A stretch of 62,472 bases of DNA, filler included, from Globobulimina sp. (lineage: Eukaryota), in NCBI GenBank assembly GCA_003354225.1. It is 38 parts of 38 records of this genome, joined end to end, with 100 filler letters (N's around TTAATTAATTAA, not from the genome) between each part and the next. Parts side by side here need not be neighbours in the genome. Positions count along the whole stretch, not along the records: positions 34,595 to 36,140 come from PIVH01014998.1; positions 36,241 to 37,786 come from PIVH01014999.1; positions 37,887 to 39,432 come from PIVH01015000.1; positions 39,533 to 41,078 come from PIVH01015001.1; positions 41,179 to 42,724 come from PIVH01015002.1; positions 42,825 to 44,370 come from PIVH01015003.1; positions 44,471 to 46,016 come from PIVH01015004.1; positions 46,117 to 47,662 come from PIVH01015005.1; 30 more parts are not named here. The stretch is one strand, 5' to 3'. Shown here one piece after another: positions 35,101 to 47,949 of the stretch. Below the pieces are notes generated by a model. The model made no database searches. It was not told where the DNA came from and was given only the letters and a program-made list of their open reading frames with translations. The stretch's first letter is position 1. Every line of letters starts with the position of its first letter. The position numbers were made by a program, and so were the translations under genes.

Positions 35101-36240
35101 TAACGTTTTGTATACCGGAAATATGTAAAATGAAAACGAAAAAGTGGACGATTGGAGATGTGTTGCAAAATCTGTTTTTTTTTTCGAATGGTAACATCGC
35201 CATGTGACAAAATCTGTTTTATTTTGTATTAGTAACATCAACAATTAAGCGTTTTTTAAACAGATTGTATGTTGATGTTACCTTGTTCATGTTTTGGAGC
35301 CTTCGTATTTCTTTCAGATGTTGACAAGAGAAGAGTCAGAAACTGTCCACCGCTGACATTGAAGTTTTATGATGTTTCAAAAATTACTGAAAATGTTTGA
35401 TGCAGGTTAATTGTCACTTTTCAAAAAGAAAGTCGATGTGTGAAATTGCTTCAAAAAAGTTTTACGAGAATCACATTCAGCTTCACACATTATCATACCC
35501 GTAGGGCAAAGTCTGTACAAGTTTAATTGCCTGCTTGCGCTCTGTCTTGTTTCTTTTGTTTCAGACAGGCCCTACCACTTTCCACAAATATTCAGTTCAA
35601 AAAAATGGTCGACATTAATTTACTTGTTGCAAATGAATTTACTTGTCAACAAGTAAATTTCTTACAGTATATTTACTTGTCATCAAATACTAAGATTTAA
35701 ATTAAACAAAGACAATTGAGGCCATTCAAACAAAAAGAAACATAACAACATCACATGGTCACACAACGCGGAGCCAATGGTAAATATGCATAAAATGTGC
35801 ATTGCCAGTGCAGATTTGCACTGATCATGCACATTTAACCCATATTTACCATTGGACAGAGTTGTTATGCTGTTATGTTTTTTTTTGTTTGAAGGTCCTC
35901 AATTGGGAAAAGGGCTCATTTATTGCGGATCTGCAATGTGAAGCTTTTGGCATGTTTTGCGGAACCAGCTTGAGGCGCAGTCACTCAAATTGGCAGTGGT
36001 TTGGCGGCGCAGTTTTCCAACAGCATATCCGCATAGCGGAGAAAGTATACACTTGTTCCGCAACACATCGCAGACGAACAAATTTAAAATAAATAATTAA
36101 ATAAAATCTGTTTTCCTTTTCCCTTTCTTTAACTGCTTGCNNNNNNNNNNNNNNNNNNNNNNNNNNNNNNNNNNNNNNNNNNNNTTAATTAATTAANNNN
36201 NNNNNNNNNNNNNNNNNNNNNNNNNNNNNNNNNNNNNNNN

Positions 36241-36663
36241 CGATTAAAAATCGATAATTTTAGTTATTTTTGAAACTTTAACGAAAATGGTTCAAACCTT
36301 TTTAGATCGAAAGCTAATATGGTTCCGAGTCAAACTCGGTCAAAATTTGATTTAAATTAATTGTCGATTATCGATAAAACTCGATTAAAAATCGATAATT
36401 TTAGTTATTTTTTAAAAGTTAACGAAAATGGTTCAAACCTTTTAGATCGAAAGCTAATAACGTTCTGAGTCAAACGCGAACAAAATTTGATTTAAATTAA
36501 TTGTCGATTATCGATAAAAATCGATTAAAAATCGATAATTTTAGATATTTTTGAAAAGTTAACGAAAATGGTTCAAACCTTTTTAGATCGAAAGCTAATA
36601 ACGTTCCGAGTCAAACGCGATAAAAATTTGATTTAAATTAATGTTCAATTATCGATAAAAATC
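36241..36663. repeat. Tandem repeat, ~141-bp unit x3 (starts 36241, 36382, 36522)
   Basis: Copies align by eye (CGATTAAAAATCGATAATTTTAG...GATCGAAAGCTAATA...). Confidence 0.95.
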
Positions 36664-36875
36664 TCAAACAAATCAGTCACTGCAAGTTGGACATTCAGTC
36701 TGCTCTACTTGGGCTCTCAAACAAATCAGTCATTGCAAGTTGGACATTCCGTCTGCTCTACTTGGGCTCTCAAACAAATCAGTCATTTGTTACAAACAGA
36801 GACATTTTGAACCGGGGGTGGTTGGGATATAATTTGTTACAAACAGAGACATATTGAAACGGGGGTGGTTGGGAT
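36663..36875. repeat. Two further arrays: 53-bp unit x2.3 (36663, 36716, 36769) and 47-bp unit x2 (36785, 36832)
   Basis: Direct inspection of the sequence. Confidence 0.9.
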
Positions 36876-36894
36876 TTATTGTTTGAATCTGTTT

Positions 36895-36925
36895 GTTCTG
36901 GCGAAGCCAGAACGGGTTGTCTAGT
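36895..36925 (+). mobile_element. Helitron 3' terminus
   Basis: Perfect 8-bp hairpin GTTCTGGC-GAA-GCCAGAAC (36895-36913), 7 nt, then CTAG (36921-36924) followed by T. Confidence 0.75.
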
Positions 36926-37436
36926 ATATATATATAGTAGAATTAACACAAAAATCAGATTGTTGTCAATCAGTTACCTTTTACTATAATCTTATTTTGA
37001 TTCTACAATACAAATCTTTGGTCCAAAAAGAATTAAAAACAAGGCAAACGATACGAAACCATAAGGGTTTTTGTTAAACTAAAACCAGATCTGTCAGTCT
37101 GGAATTCACGTGATTTTCATTCAACAGTCATAGGATCGGTCACGTTAAATGATGTCATTTAGTCATATGATATTATTTCGAAATAAAACATTAAGTAACC
37201 TGCTTTGATAGGAAATCTATTATTTCCAATGTTTTTCTATTGAATTGGGTATTATTTTAGAACAGCGTTTATAAGTCACATGTTTCCAACAAATATTGTT
37301 GTTGTCGAGAAAAAGGATTGCATACAAATCATTTAAAAAACTGGTTCTGCAATTGATTTGAAATAAGATATGGTTAAAATAGGTTTTATTACACAAAAGT
37401 ACAATATAAGTTTTTATTCTACAAAAGTACAATCAA

Positions 37437-37786
37437 TCAAGGTGTAACATTTTCAAATTTGATTTGTCTAACATTTCCACTTTCCAAAGCATGCATTGTA
37501 AACTTCCGCTCATATTCCAGCATGGCCAAAACTACTACATTGTCTGATGCCGGCTTGCTAAAGTGTATCATAAGTTCACAGTTTCCGGTCCCTATTTTCC
37601 CATATGGAACAGAAGAAGCGTCATGACCAGGACTTGTATCAAATGCATATATGTTGTATCCACTGTCATATTCTTGAAAGTTTATAGGTCCCACCTGAAC
37701 ATCGCCTAGACCCTGACCAAGTTCTTTAAACAAACCATAATATGGTTGCGAGTATATTTGTTTGGTATAATCCATTTTGTACCCTC
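37437..37786 (-). mobile_element. Polinton/Maverick (adintovirus-like) double-jelly-roll major capsid protein, C-terminal fragment
   Basis: YSQPYYGLF..LG...INFQEYDSGYNIYAFDTSP...GNCELMIHFSKP..NVVVLAMLEYE follows the MCP C-terminal pattern (Y..GY.LYAFDLTP...G.LRLE..F..AL). Confidence 0.85.
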
Positions 37787-37971
37787 NNNNNNNNNNNNNN
37801 NNNNNNNNNNNNNNNNNNNNNNNNNNNNNNTTAATTAATTAANNNNNNNNNNNNNNNNNNNNNNNNNNNNNNNNNNNNNNNNNNNNAAATATGAATATAT
37901 ATAATTATAAAAAAATTATCAAATTATTTCAAATAATCAAAAGTATTACAAAATAAAAAAACAGATTGATA

Positions 37972-39432
37972 TCAGACATAAATACCAAATGGAAATTCAT
38001 TATCTTTCCCAAAATCTCTCCTCAATGCATTATAATAATCCTTATCGTAATATGGAGTCGGATGCGGTCTTCGTATCGCTTCGCCCGGATGGCAATAATT
38101 GCACCGTCTGCCATACATACATCGCCTGCAACCTTCCCGGGCCGGATCGCAGCAGGGCTGCGTCTTATAATTTTCCACTCTCATCCTCGGTTTTAAGTCT
38201 TCAACGCCGTGCGCAAAATGGCATTTATTGCCATACGTACACGAACCCGTTAACATCCAATTTGTACATAACTCGGTCTTATACAGTGCGGTCTTATCGA
38301 ATCGGTCCTGTTTTCTGAACGCCATTCTTCCGCCAACGCCGCCGCCCAATCCACCCGCTAAGCCATTTGTGTTTGGTATACGATAAACGGTCTCCGCAAT
38401 CACGTGAACCACCGCTGATTTATTGCTATTCATTCGATGTCCGGTTACAGGCAATGGATTATTATTATTACCGTTGTTGTTGTTGCTGTTATTGCTCATT
38501 CTGTACGCATTGTATATGGCGGGGTTCAACGTCTGTCGATACGAACCACCATGGTTTGCACTCAATATATGTATATTTATCATTTGTATTACATATTATA
38601 TTACAAATGTAGGCGTACATACCTTCCGGGAGGCAAATAAAAATTACTCGCGGCGTTGTTATTTGCGTCATTTGCTTTGCTGACATTGACAGACACATTG
38701 CTGATGTTGGTAGCTATGGATTTATTGTCACTCGTGTTACTGTTAAGATTTCTATTTACATCTTTGATGTTTGTATCCAGATTTTCTTTATTATTGGCTG
38801 CGCCGGCAACGGTTTGTTTGTTTGTATTTGTGATGGACTGCACAGGAATTGGCGGTGCGGCAGCGACCAATGACGGATTAGCATTAATCCCTAATTGTGC
38901 TGAGTTTAAATTGTTCAATGCAGACTGGATAGTTGACACTGCGGCCAATGTGCGCGGCTGGTTTATGATGGAAGAGGTTACACTCATTGCTCCAAAGCCT
39001 AACGACTGTTGACTGTAATATGCATTTGTATATGTATGTATAAGTGGTTATGGATTTGTATATTTGATTGGTTCACTAAACTGATCCTCGTTGCCATAAA
39101 ACTCTGCAGTATAACTATTTGGTGTGCTGTGTGTATTTGTGGTCGACGTAGGCGCATAATTTGACCGCGGCTGTGGTATTATATCGGTAATACCGGTACC
39201 AAGCGATGCTGTTTGTGTTACAGATGAGATGGGTATGATTTGTGTCATATTGTTATATATTGAGTGTAAGGATAAAGGATAAGAGGTGTGAAGGGCATAC
39301 TGGTGGGATATTGGCCCCATGGAGTGAATTGTTGTGAGGATGGGGTATGTTGCGATTGCTGCGTAATGTAAACATTTGGTGTTGTATTTGCTTGTTGTTG
39401 TTGTGAAGCTTGATTGCTTTGCTGCGATGAAT
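37972..39432 (-). CDS. Tandem CCCH zinc-finger (TIS11/ZFP36-like) RNA-binding protein, 5' partial, three introns
   Basis: LYKTELC-x8-C-x5-C-x3-H and YKTQPC..C-x5-C-x3-H. Introns 39209-39300 and 39013-39081 keep frame; a third intron near 38561-38622 has an uncertain acceptor. Confidence 0.9.
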
Positions 39433-39663
39433 NNNNNNNNNNNNNNNNNNNNNNNNNNNNNNNNNNNNNNNNNNNNTTAATTAATTAANNNNNNNNNNNN
39501 NNNNNNNNNNNNNNNNNNNNNNNNNNNNNNNNGATTGTAATATAATATAATATAAGTGGAAACATTTTGAAAGTAATATAATATCCAAATTTTGATTGTA
39601 ACATAATAGTAATATAGTATATATTATATTACTATTACAATCAATATATTAATATAATACGGG

Positions 39664-40149
39664 TTACTGTGCTAATACCATTGACAATGTATAATCAATG
39701 TACCTCATCCCAGAAAATAATACAATTTGACCAAATGCCCACATGAAATATCCCAATGTTTTATGACCTCTCTCCCATATACTTCTTCGCTTTGATTTGG
39801 TATCTTTTATTTTTGGGGCAGTTGGACGTAATGTTCCATTCATTGCTTGAAACAGCATTAAAAGAAAAAACAGCAATCCAGCAATAGCATGAGTTTGAGA
39901 AAAATGAGCCACATTGTCCATTGATGTGAATACAACCGCAATAACAAACGCACAAAGTATTAGAATAATCACTAATCTTTGTACCATTGCATGGATGGTA
40001 TACCAACTTTCTTCAGGTTGCTTGCATAATAACAGTTTGTCATTTGCTACTATTATACCAATAGGACACAATAATCCAATTGCAATCCACATTAATAATC
40101 CATGGACCTGATGCAAGGTATATGTATTTATAGTATCATTATCTGACAT
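39664..40149 (-). CDS. Cytochrome b561 / ferric-reductase transmembrane domain protein
   Basis: Four heme-ligand His in HGLLMW, WYTIH, THAIAG and WERGHKTLG. Confidence 0.85.
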   Translation of the reverse strand: MSDNDTINTYTLHQVHGLLMWIAIGLLCPIGIIVANDKLLLCKQPEESWYTIHAMVQRLVIILILCAFVIAVVFTSMDNVAHFSQTHAIAGLLFFLLMLFQAMNGTLRPTAPKIKDTKSKRRSIWERGHKTLGYFMWAFGQIVLFSGMRYIDYTLSMVLAQ

Positions 40150-40207
40150 GTTGCAGTTGTACTGAGTTGGTCACAAAACTTTATTGCATACTAACATAAT
40201 CAACACA

Positions 40208-41078
40208 ATGGCACAGGAATTAGAAACTAAATCAACAGACTCTAAAGTGTTCGTCGATAAATCATTAATAAATAATAAATTTGAAACCTACAAATTGAGT
40301 TTTGATTACATTATAAATTCCGTGAAAAAGCCTGTGGAGCAAAAGCAATCTGTCGATAGTTGCGCAATATCCAAAAGAAAACAATTATCAAATCAACACC
40401 AACATATTCTAATTCAATTAAAAAATCGACTCTCAAATGTATCACAGCTCGAAAATATCATTAAAAGGAATTATTTATTCATGATCAATGATACACCATT
40501 TTACTATGACACAACTGGCATTTTCATTGTCAACGAAACCACTTTTTCCATTCATCAAATCTATCAATTTTCAAACGACATTGATGTTTCCAATCTATCT
40601 GTGACTGGATTTTATGATAAACAGTCTGCAGATTATTTTGTCATATTTTCTCATTCTAATAATAAAATATCATTATTAAAACTTGACTCATTTACAAAAG
40701 CATCCACTTTGTTTAATGATGAAATGAAAGATATTAACTCCGGTTTTATAATTCAAAATGGATATTATTCAAAACAATTAGATAAAATATTTTGCAGTGT
40801 ATTAAGTTGGCAAAGAAATACAGAAAATAACTCATTTAATCCACTCATTCATCTCATTTCATTCAATATCAACTCTGACAATAAACAGAGCACTGCGTCT
40901 TATTCAATTTGCTGTGAGTTTAACGGAGCTAAAAAATATTTTAATTGCTTTTTTGATGAACGTAAAGAAACATTTTGGATGATTTCAAACGGAAAATTTA
41001 GGCGTAAGGATACCATGGAGAGCAAGGATAAAAATAATGAAATCATTGATGGAAATGCATATGGTTCTGATTGGGCAG
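40208..41078 (+). CDS. Possible NudCD1-like protein, N-terminal part
   Basis: VDKSLINNKFETYKLS resembles the NudCD1 N-terminus (LLDPxFEGYKLS); the rest is beta-rich. Confidence 0.45.
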
Positions 41079-41763
41079 NNNNNNNNNNNNNNNNNNNNNN
41101 NNNNNNNNNNNNNNNNNNNNNNTTAATTAATTAANNNNNNNNNNNNNNNNNNNNNNNNNNNNNNNNNNNNNNNNNNNNGCATTTTATTTTTGTTTTCGTT
41201 TGTTTTTTATCTTAGTTTGGGACCATTTGCATTCTAGATATGTGTTTGTTGAATAATTAATAATGTTTTCATTCTTTAATATCCAATATACCTTATACCA
41301 TTTTACTATTTTCCAACAGTGTACAAATTATTATTATTAATAAGCTCATGTTTAAATTACAAAATTAGAATCAAAGTAAGTAATTAATTAATTGATACTT
41401 TTCTTTTTATAATGAATGAGTAAATAATAAGTACTTATTATTGTTGCAGTTATTTTTGTATTTAGTTGTTCATTGTATGTTATTTTCTTTTTGTTTTTTT
41501 TTGTTGGATACGGCTAAATTTTGAAATGTGACATTGTTTAAAAATGTATGTTTTTTTTGCTGTGTATTACGAATAGAAAGTTATAATATTCTTTTAATTA
41601 TGAATAAATAAATAAATAATGTACGATCATAGATTTGTCATTATTAGAATTGAATAATTATAAATTGCTTTTGAGCTTCGCTTAAAAACAGCTGATGAAG
41701 TTTTTACATTACTACTTATTATCTGTCGAGATAACTCAGATAAGTTAAGGATAAATCTTTACA

Positions 41764-42454
41764 ATGTCAACTTTACGAGAGATAAAAACTGATCAAGTAA
41801 CAACTGACTTGGTGTTTGGGTATATACGTGAATGTGGAAAAACATTATCAAGGAATTGCTTTGACACTGCGCCACCGTTAGTTTGCTGGATATGTTTACA
41901 GTATTATTGGCAGCCTGAATATTTTACCAATCATCATTCATTTTTAACCCTAAACAAATCCAAAGACATTGTCACTTTTAACTGTGCGACTTTCTTGAAT
42001 AATAAAAGTGTGCGGACTGTATTTGGAAATATATTGACTGGACTGAATAGCCACACACTCTACGAATGGAAAATAAAAATATTGAATATTATTCCAAACA
42101 ACAACAATATTGCCATTGGTATTGCATCAGATCGGTCTGCGATACATTCACATTTTTTAAATCGTAGTAAACCATCATATGGTTATTTGAGTAATGGATT
42201 TATGGAATCTTCGTCACGCCATGAATATTTATATGGCAATGGATATAAAACAAATTAATGATATTGTCACTATGCAACTAAATCTAAACAGGAAAACATT
42301 GAAATTTTATGTAAACGGTAAAGATGAAGGAATTGTAAAGTTTTACGGAGAGGAAATTGATTATAGAAAACAATATTGTCTGGCAATCTCGCTGCAATAC
42401 AATAAACCATCTATGCAAATCGTTGCATGTAGAACTTTTTATGTCAATTCATAA
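41764..42454 (+). pseudogene. SPRY/B30.2-domain protein with a frameshift near 42250
   Basis: YEWKIKI..IAIGI..YGYLSNG..YGNGYK in one frame; NDIVTMQLNLNRKTLKFYVNGKDEG..YCLAISL in the next. Confidence 0.8.
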
Positions 42455-42959
42455 CATTTACAAGAACTATGTGAATTAACCATTCCATAAACAATCCGTC
42501 GTTTCGCGGAAAAAAACAATTTGTTACAAATATTGGGTCAGCTGTAGGTTTCTAAATTTAGCAGAAACATTTTCAGTTATTTTGAATGTCAGCTGCATTC
42601 ACGAAATATGAATTTCATAATCACTTTTTATACCAGCAATCAAATTTTTTCTTCTATTTTTACCATTAAATCAAAAAAAAATTCGAATGAACTCAAAATT
42701 AATATTAATCATGTGTTGTATGCANNNNNNNNNNNNNNNNNNNNNNNNNNNNNNNNNNNNNNNNNNNNTTAATTAATTAANNNNNNNNNNNNNNNNNNNN
42801 NNNNNNNNNNNNNNNNNNNNNNNNTCAATAATATCAAGCGCCTTATCGACCCGCTCGGGCGGTAGTGTTGCCAACCAGGCATCAATATCGATATGCAGCC
42901 ATTCTGGATCGCGTTGGCAAAATATATAAAATGGCCTCATACGCAGACGTTAATTGCAA

Positions 42960-44370
42960 AATAGAATCCTTACACACACCCTTTCTGCAAATAAATATAA
43001 CAAACATACAGCCTTCAAATACACGAAATGAATTCATTGAAAGAAATCGACGGAAAATAGAACGTGAATTATTAAAGCATGGCAATAATAAAAATGAAAA
43101 GGAAATAATAAACGAGTTATTAAATAAATATGACGCATCTCCAATCAATGATGATTATTCCATACCAATTATTGATGAGATATTTGGTTTTAATAAACAA
43201 CACAAAGAAGAAGAACCAAAACAAGCACCGCCAAAAAACAATGCGCAATACGAATATATTCGTCGTAGATTGGAAGAAGAAACATATTCAGATATCATAT
43301 GTAATAACAGCAAGAATCTCACACATAAATATGACACTGATTATAAATTTATGTTCAATCCATTTACAAATTGTAATCTATCAAATACCATAAATAGCAC
43401 AACCACAATACATACGATTGCCACTGGGGCCAATGCACCGATTTTATATTCATCAAACTGCGAATTTATGCTACTTTTAAATGCAATATCTGGTCAATTA
43501 CAAATCATTGCTTCTCAACAATCGCAAACAATTCCAATGTGGACATCGGATAATCTCAATAACAATAATAACACAAATGCGATATTCAATGCCAGCAATG
43601 GTGATTTCATCGTATTTGATCACAATAATAATATTATTTGGTCCGCATCAAATACATCGCATTGGAATGCCAATAATAAAAATATTAACAACAATAGTTT
43701 GCAACCATATGTGTTAATATTAGACGATAATTTGGGTGAATTGCATATTGTTGACAGTAATAATGACATTAAATGGTATTCAAATGGCGTAAATATCAAA
43801 CAAAATGTCATCAATTATCGGCAAAGGGAATATAGGGTCAATCTCACTGATAATGCAAACAATATTTTATTGTCCCTGTCGATGAATGTACAGATAATGG
43901 TACACAGAGAGCAACATTTTCATCTACAGTTTGAATATGAGATTCCAGCCGTCATTGCAGATAATAATGATATGAGCGAATATATTGCTATTATGTTAGC
44001 ACAGGAATATAAATTCAATCTCAGTGTATATCAGTTATCCACGCATAACATTGGTGATAAATATATCATTTACGATGACAATCTACCAATGATTTATGCT
44101 TTAATGAACAATAAATTGTCGGCGCGATTAAGTATATCCGAATCGCACACATTCTTATGTATGGATAACAATACGCGCTATTTTAATATTGATATGGTAC
44201 CCTTTGCTCAGAATATATCCATACACAGCAATAATAATAATTACACCTTATCACTGCATCCATCATCAACTGGGAACTATACTTTTTTCATCAATCCATG
44301 GAATCCCTGCCATGATGGACAACCTGTCTTGGCTCAAAACGCAAAGCGACAATGTTTTATTAAATACGAG
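42960..44370 (+). CDS. Bulb-type (B-) lectin domain protein, fragment
   Basis: LYSSNCEFMLLL..GQLQI..PMWTS, NGDFIVFD....IIWS and LILDD.LGELHIVD....IKWYS are three beta-prism II repeats. Confidence 0.7.
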
Positions 44371-44529
44371 NNNNNNNNNNNNNNNNNNNNNNNNNNNNNN
44401 NNNNNNNNNNNNNNTTAATTAATTAANNNNNNNNNNNNNNNNNNNNNNNNNNNNNNNNNNNNNNNNNNNNATTGGTTATCAATAAAATCGCCTACCAGGA
44501 CTGCGCCAACAACTTCGTTTTCATAAGCA

Positions 44530-46016
44530 GATTTAAAATTAATACCGTATGGCGATCCCGATTTCGCTGCGTATTCTTTCAAGAAATTAGATGAAGAGAA
44601 TGGTATATATTTATGTGTGTGGCCCAGTTATTTCATCAATGAATTAGATCATTATTTTTTGTTTGGAATTGGCGATCCGAAAATTAACTTAGCTGCCATG
44701 CCAACGTTTGATCAAATCCATTACAAAGGATACTGGAAAGCAGAGAAACAAGCTCAAGTTAATTTTTTTGTGGTGTATACACATAAAATGATGAAGCGAT
44801 TTACGCACGCAATCGCCGGAGGGGTGGCGGGAATGCATCACAAATATAAAGCAATCTTACATTGTATTGCAGATAATATTGACAATGGCATTACTTTTGA
44901 GTCGAGTATGAAGACTATAATGACTATGCATAAACAGTGGGACGCCCAACAACAAGCTATGTTTGGTGAGTTACAGGACATATTTTTCCAGAAATTAGAA
45001 GAATATGCAGACAGTGTGGAGTATAATGATTTGAATATTGCACAGATTAATGTTATTTTGTTAGCAATGTACTGGTTATTAAGTTGCGGCCATCACAAAG
45101 TGCATTATAGACATTTACATCATTCATTGAATGGTTTGTTGAACATTGTAACTGTGAATGAGAATAATTATGACAATTATAATGTGGTTGACTTAATCGC
45201 TGAGATAGTGGGTGAATATTTGATCGATTTATTGAAATTATTTCAATCTTTTGCGATTGAGAAATTAAAAAAAGATCGGTGTCGATATTTCGATTTGGTT
45301 TGGTATCAAATAATATATTTATCCGCTATCAAAGTGGTTGATATTGCGGTTATTAATAAAATGCATAATGAGTTCATGTTGGACATTGATCATATTTTAT
45401 TTAATCCAAATTGTTTGGCGAAACCCATTGGTTCCGAAGATTTACAATCGATCATAAAAATATATGTTGGATTATTAAAACCATTTCAAAATGAAAATGG
45501 AAATGACGCGTTTTATAAGGAAAGCGGTGTAAAATTAGAAGAATTATTGATTGAAAATCATTTAAAATGCCAAGATATATTGGATACGGTGGAGTTTATA
45601 AATAAACATAAATTATCGTATCATATATTTGCAAGCATATTGTATAGAAATGCAAACTGTTATACATTTGCCGAATATTCGGACGGCAAACAATATTTAC
45701 CCGAATTAAATATTGCGTCGGATCAAAAAACACTTGATTTACTCTCCAAATCTGGAAAGTTTTTATTTGTGCAACAACAGAAAATACCCAAACAAGCTCG
45801 ATGTTGTTTGATTCATTTAATATTTGCAAATTTTAGACATTCGAAAGATTTTGATGAAAGAAAATTATTTTTTTGGTTTAATGTGCTTAAAAAATTAATT
45901 TTAAAATTTAAAGATTTTGTAGTGGCGGATCAAATATTATATGAAATACAAGAATTTGGTAAGCGACACAAAAAAAGGCAAAAAGAAACGGAAAAGAAAT
46001 ATTTGAAAGCATTATC
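44530..46016 (+). CDS. Hypothetical helical protein, fragment
   Basis: ORF of ~480 aa; no motif recognised. Confidence 0.55.
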
Positions 46017-46519
46017 NNNNNNNNNNNNNNNNNNNNNNNNNNNNNNNNNNNNNNNNNNNNTTAATTAATTAANNNNNNNNNNNNNNNNNNNNNNNNNNNN
46101 NNNNNNNNNNNNNNNNATTATTTTGCCGTTGAGATGCCCAAAAATGATACAAACATTATAAGAAGCTTTTGCTGAGAATAACGCAAATATCAACTAAATG
46201 TTATTATTTTGTTTTCAATGTTACATTATCACAAACAACAGGATTTGGCCCAGGGACACCGATATTTATTGATTATATGACAGAATCACAACCATTTTAT
46301 CATTTTGTGACAGCAACAATGAAATCTCGTGATAGCTATAATAAACTGGAGAAGTTATATTTTGTTCCCATTGCAATGAACAACATGCAAAATTGCAATG
46401 ATCCGCTATCAAAATATGACAATGTTTGATTATTTATATTATTGATGAGGTCAAATAACATTGATTTAAAAGTTATAATTGAAATTGAGTTGTTTCAGTA
46501 AATGAAATTTTAAATTAAA

Positions 46520-47521
46520 ATGAGTAATTTGCAGTGTTCATCATTAAGTAATTTGCATCGATATTATGCGCGTGATTTGTTTTCGTCGCATGCAAAACGA
46601 ATTGGTTCAACCAAACAAGAAGTCATAGAATCGACATGTAACGCATATCAACCACGCTCTTGTCCGGTTACTCCGTATTCAACACCAAGACCAAACTATG
46701 ATTCACCAAACCAACAAAACCCAAAATCAAATGAAATCGCACAACAATTAAAATGGCTCAGATCTGTTACCAATAAAACATATCAGCCACCAACTGCGTA
46801 TTCATCATTTTCCAGACCTTTGCCATTGTCAACTAAATCTACACAAAATAGTTATTTTGCAAGAAATAGACAAAAAAGATATAAACGTCCATTATCATCC
46901 ACTGTATACACAACAAAACACACTAAGAATAAGCAAACATTATCACGGCCACACACCGCAAAGATAAAGCTAACAAATAAAATGTTGGCACATCATTCGA
47001 GCACAAATAACTTACACAATGGAAATAATGAAGACATTTTAATAAATGTTGATAATTCCGACGATAACAAAGATTGCAGTGTTATAGGAACGAGTTTATA
47101 TTTAACAAATATGGAGAAAGAAGAGTTTAATACAAGATCAGTTTTACAAAATACAAAATATACGGACCATTTATATAGGCATAGACCCAAAACAATCCCT
47201 TGCAATGGAATGGAATTTAGTGATTTCGAGAAATTAAAACTCGACTTAACTGTGTCTGGAATTACTGTCTCTCAAAATGTCATAGAAAATGGTTTGTCAA
47301 CTCCTCATCCAACATTTAATTATCAATCCTTACAAAAGAATGAGTCAAATGATAATGCAAAGAAATGCAATTTTGAATATCCATTCCCAATCACTGGAGA
47401 AACATTGCTGAATATGAGTTCGCACGGACTACAACCACTGCATACCGGAGCTAGTGCTGCTAAAAAAGGAAAGAAAGGTAAAAAGGGTAAGAAAGGAAAG
47501 AAAAAAAAGAAAAAAAAATAA
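46520..47521 (+). CDS. Low-complexity basic protein with (KKG)n-polyK tail
   Basis: Complete ORF; RPLSS/RPHTA/RPKT motifs; tail KKGKKGKKGKKGKKKKKKK. Confidence 0.65.
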   Translation: MSNLQCSSLSNLHRYYARDLFSSHAKRIGSTKQEVIESTCNAYQPRSCPVTPYSTPRPNYDSPNQQNPKSNEIAQQLKWLRSVTNKTYQPPTAYSSFSRPLPLSTKSTQNSYFARNRQKRYKRPLSSTVYTTKHTKNKQTLSRPHTAKIKLTNKMLAHHSSTNNLHNGNNEDILINVDNSDDNKDCSVIGTSLYLTNMEKEEFNTRSVLQNTKYTDHLYRHRPKTIPCNGMEFSDFEKLKLDLTVSGITVSQNVIENGLSTPHPTFNYQSLQKNESNDNAKKCNFEYPFPITGETLLNMSSHGLQPLHTGASAAKKGKKGKKGKKGKKKKKKK

Positions 47522-47949
47522 CTTGCAGGCTTTGAGTGTAGTGTTTTTAAGTGTATCACCGTCATATAATATGTTTTGTTAATATTCATTATCCATTATC
47601 CATACATTGATACTTCATAAATTCTAATATCACATTAACAGACTTTCGGCTTTGTTTTTTGCNNNNNNNNNNNNNNNNNNNNNNNNNNNNNNNNNNNNNN
47701 NNNNNNTTAATTAATTAANNNNNNNNNNNNNNNNNNNNNNNNNNNNNNNNNNNNNNNNNNNNAATATTGACAATAACAAAAAAAAATGAGAAAAAACGCT
47801 ATAAAATAAAATACTAAAAATAGAATCACAAAGAAAACTACAATAAAAAAACATGTATAATTTTTTAACAACACATTTGATTATAAAGCGAAAGAGAACT
47901 GTTTGCAAAACAAAATAAAAACACAAAAATAAAAGTCATGTTGTTTTTT

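Noticed and set aside
42240-42262. Programmed frameshift in the SPRY gene
   Set aside because: No canonical slippery heptamer or downstream structure is evident; an indel or sequencing error is simpler.
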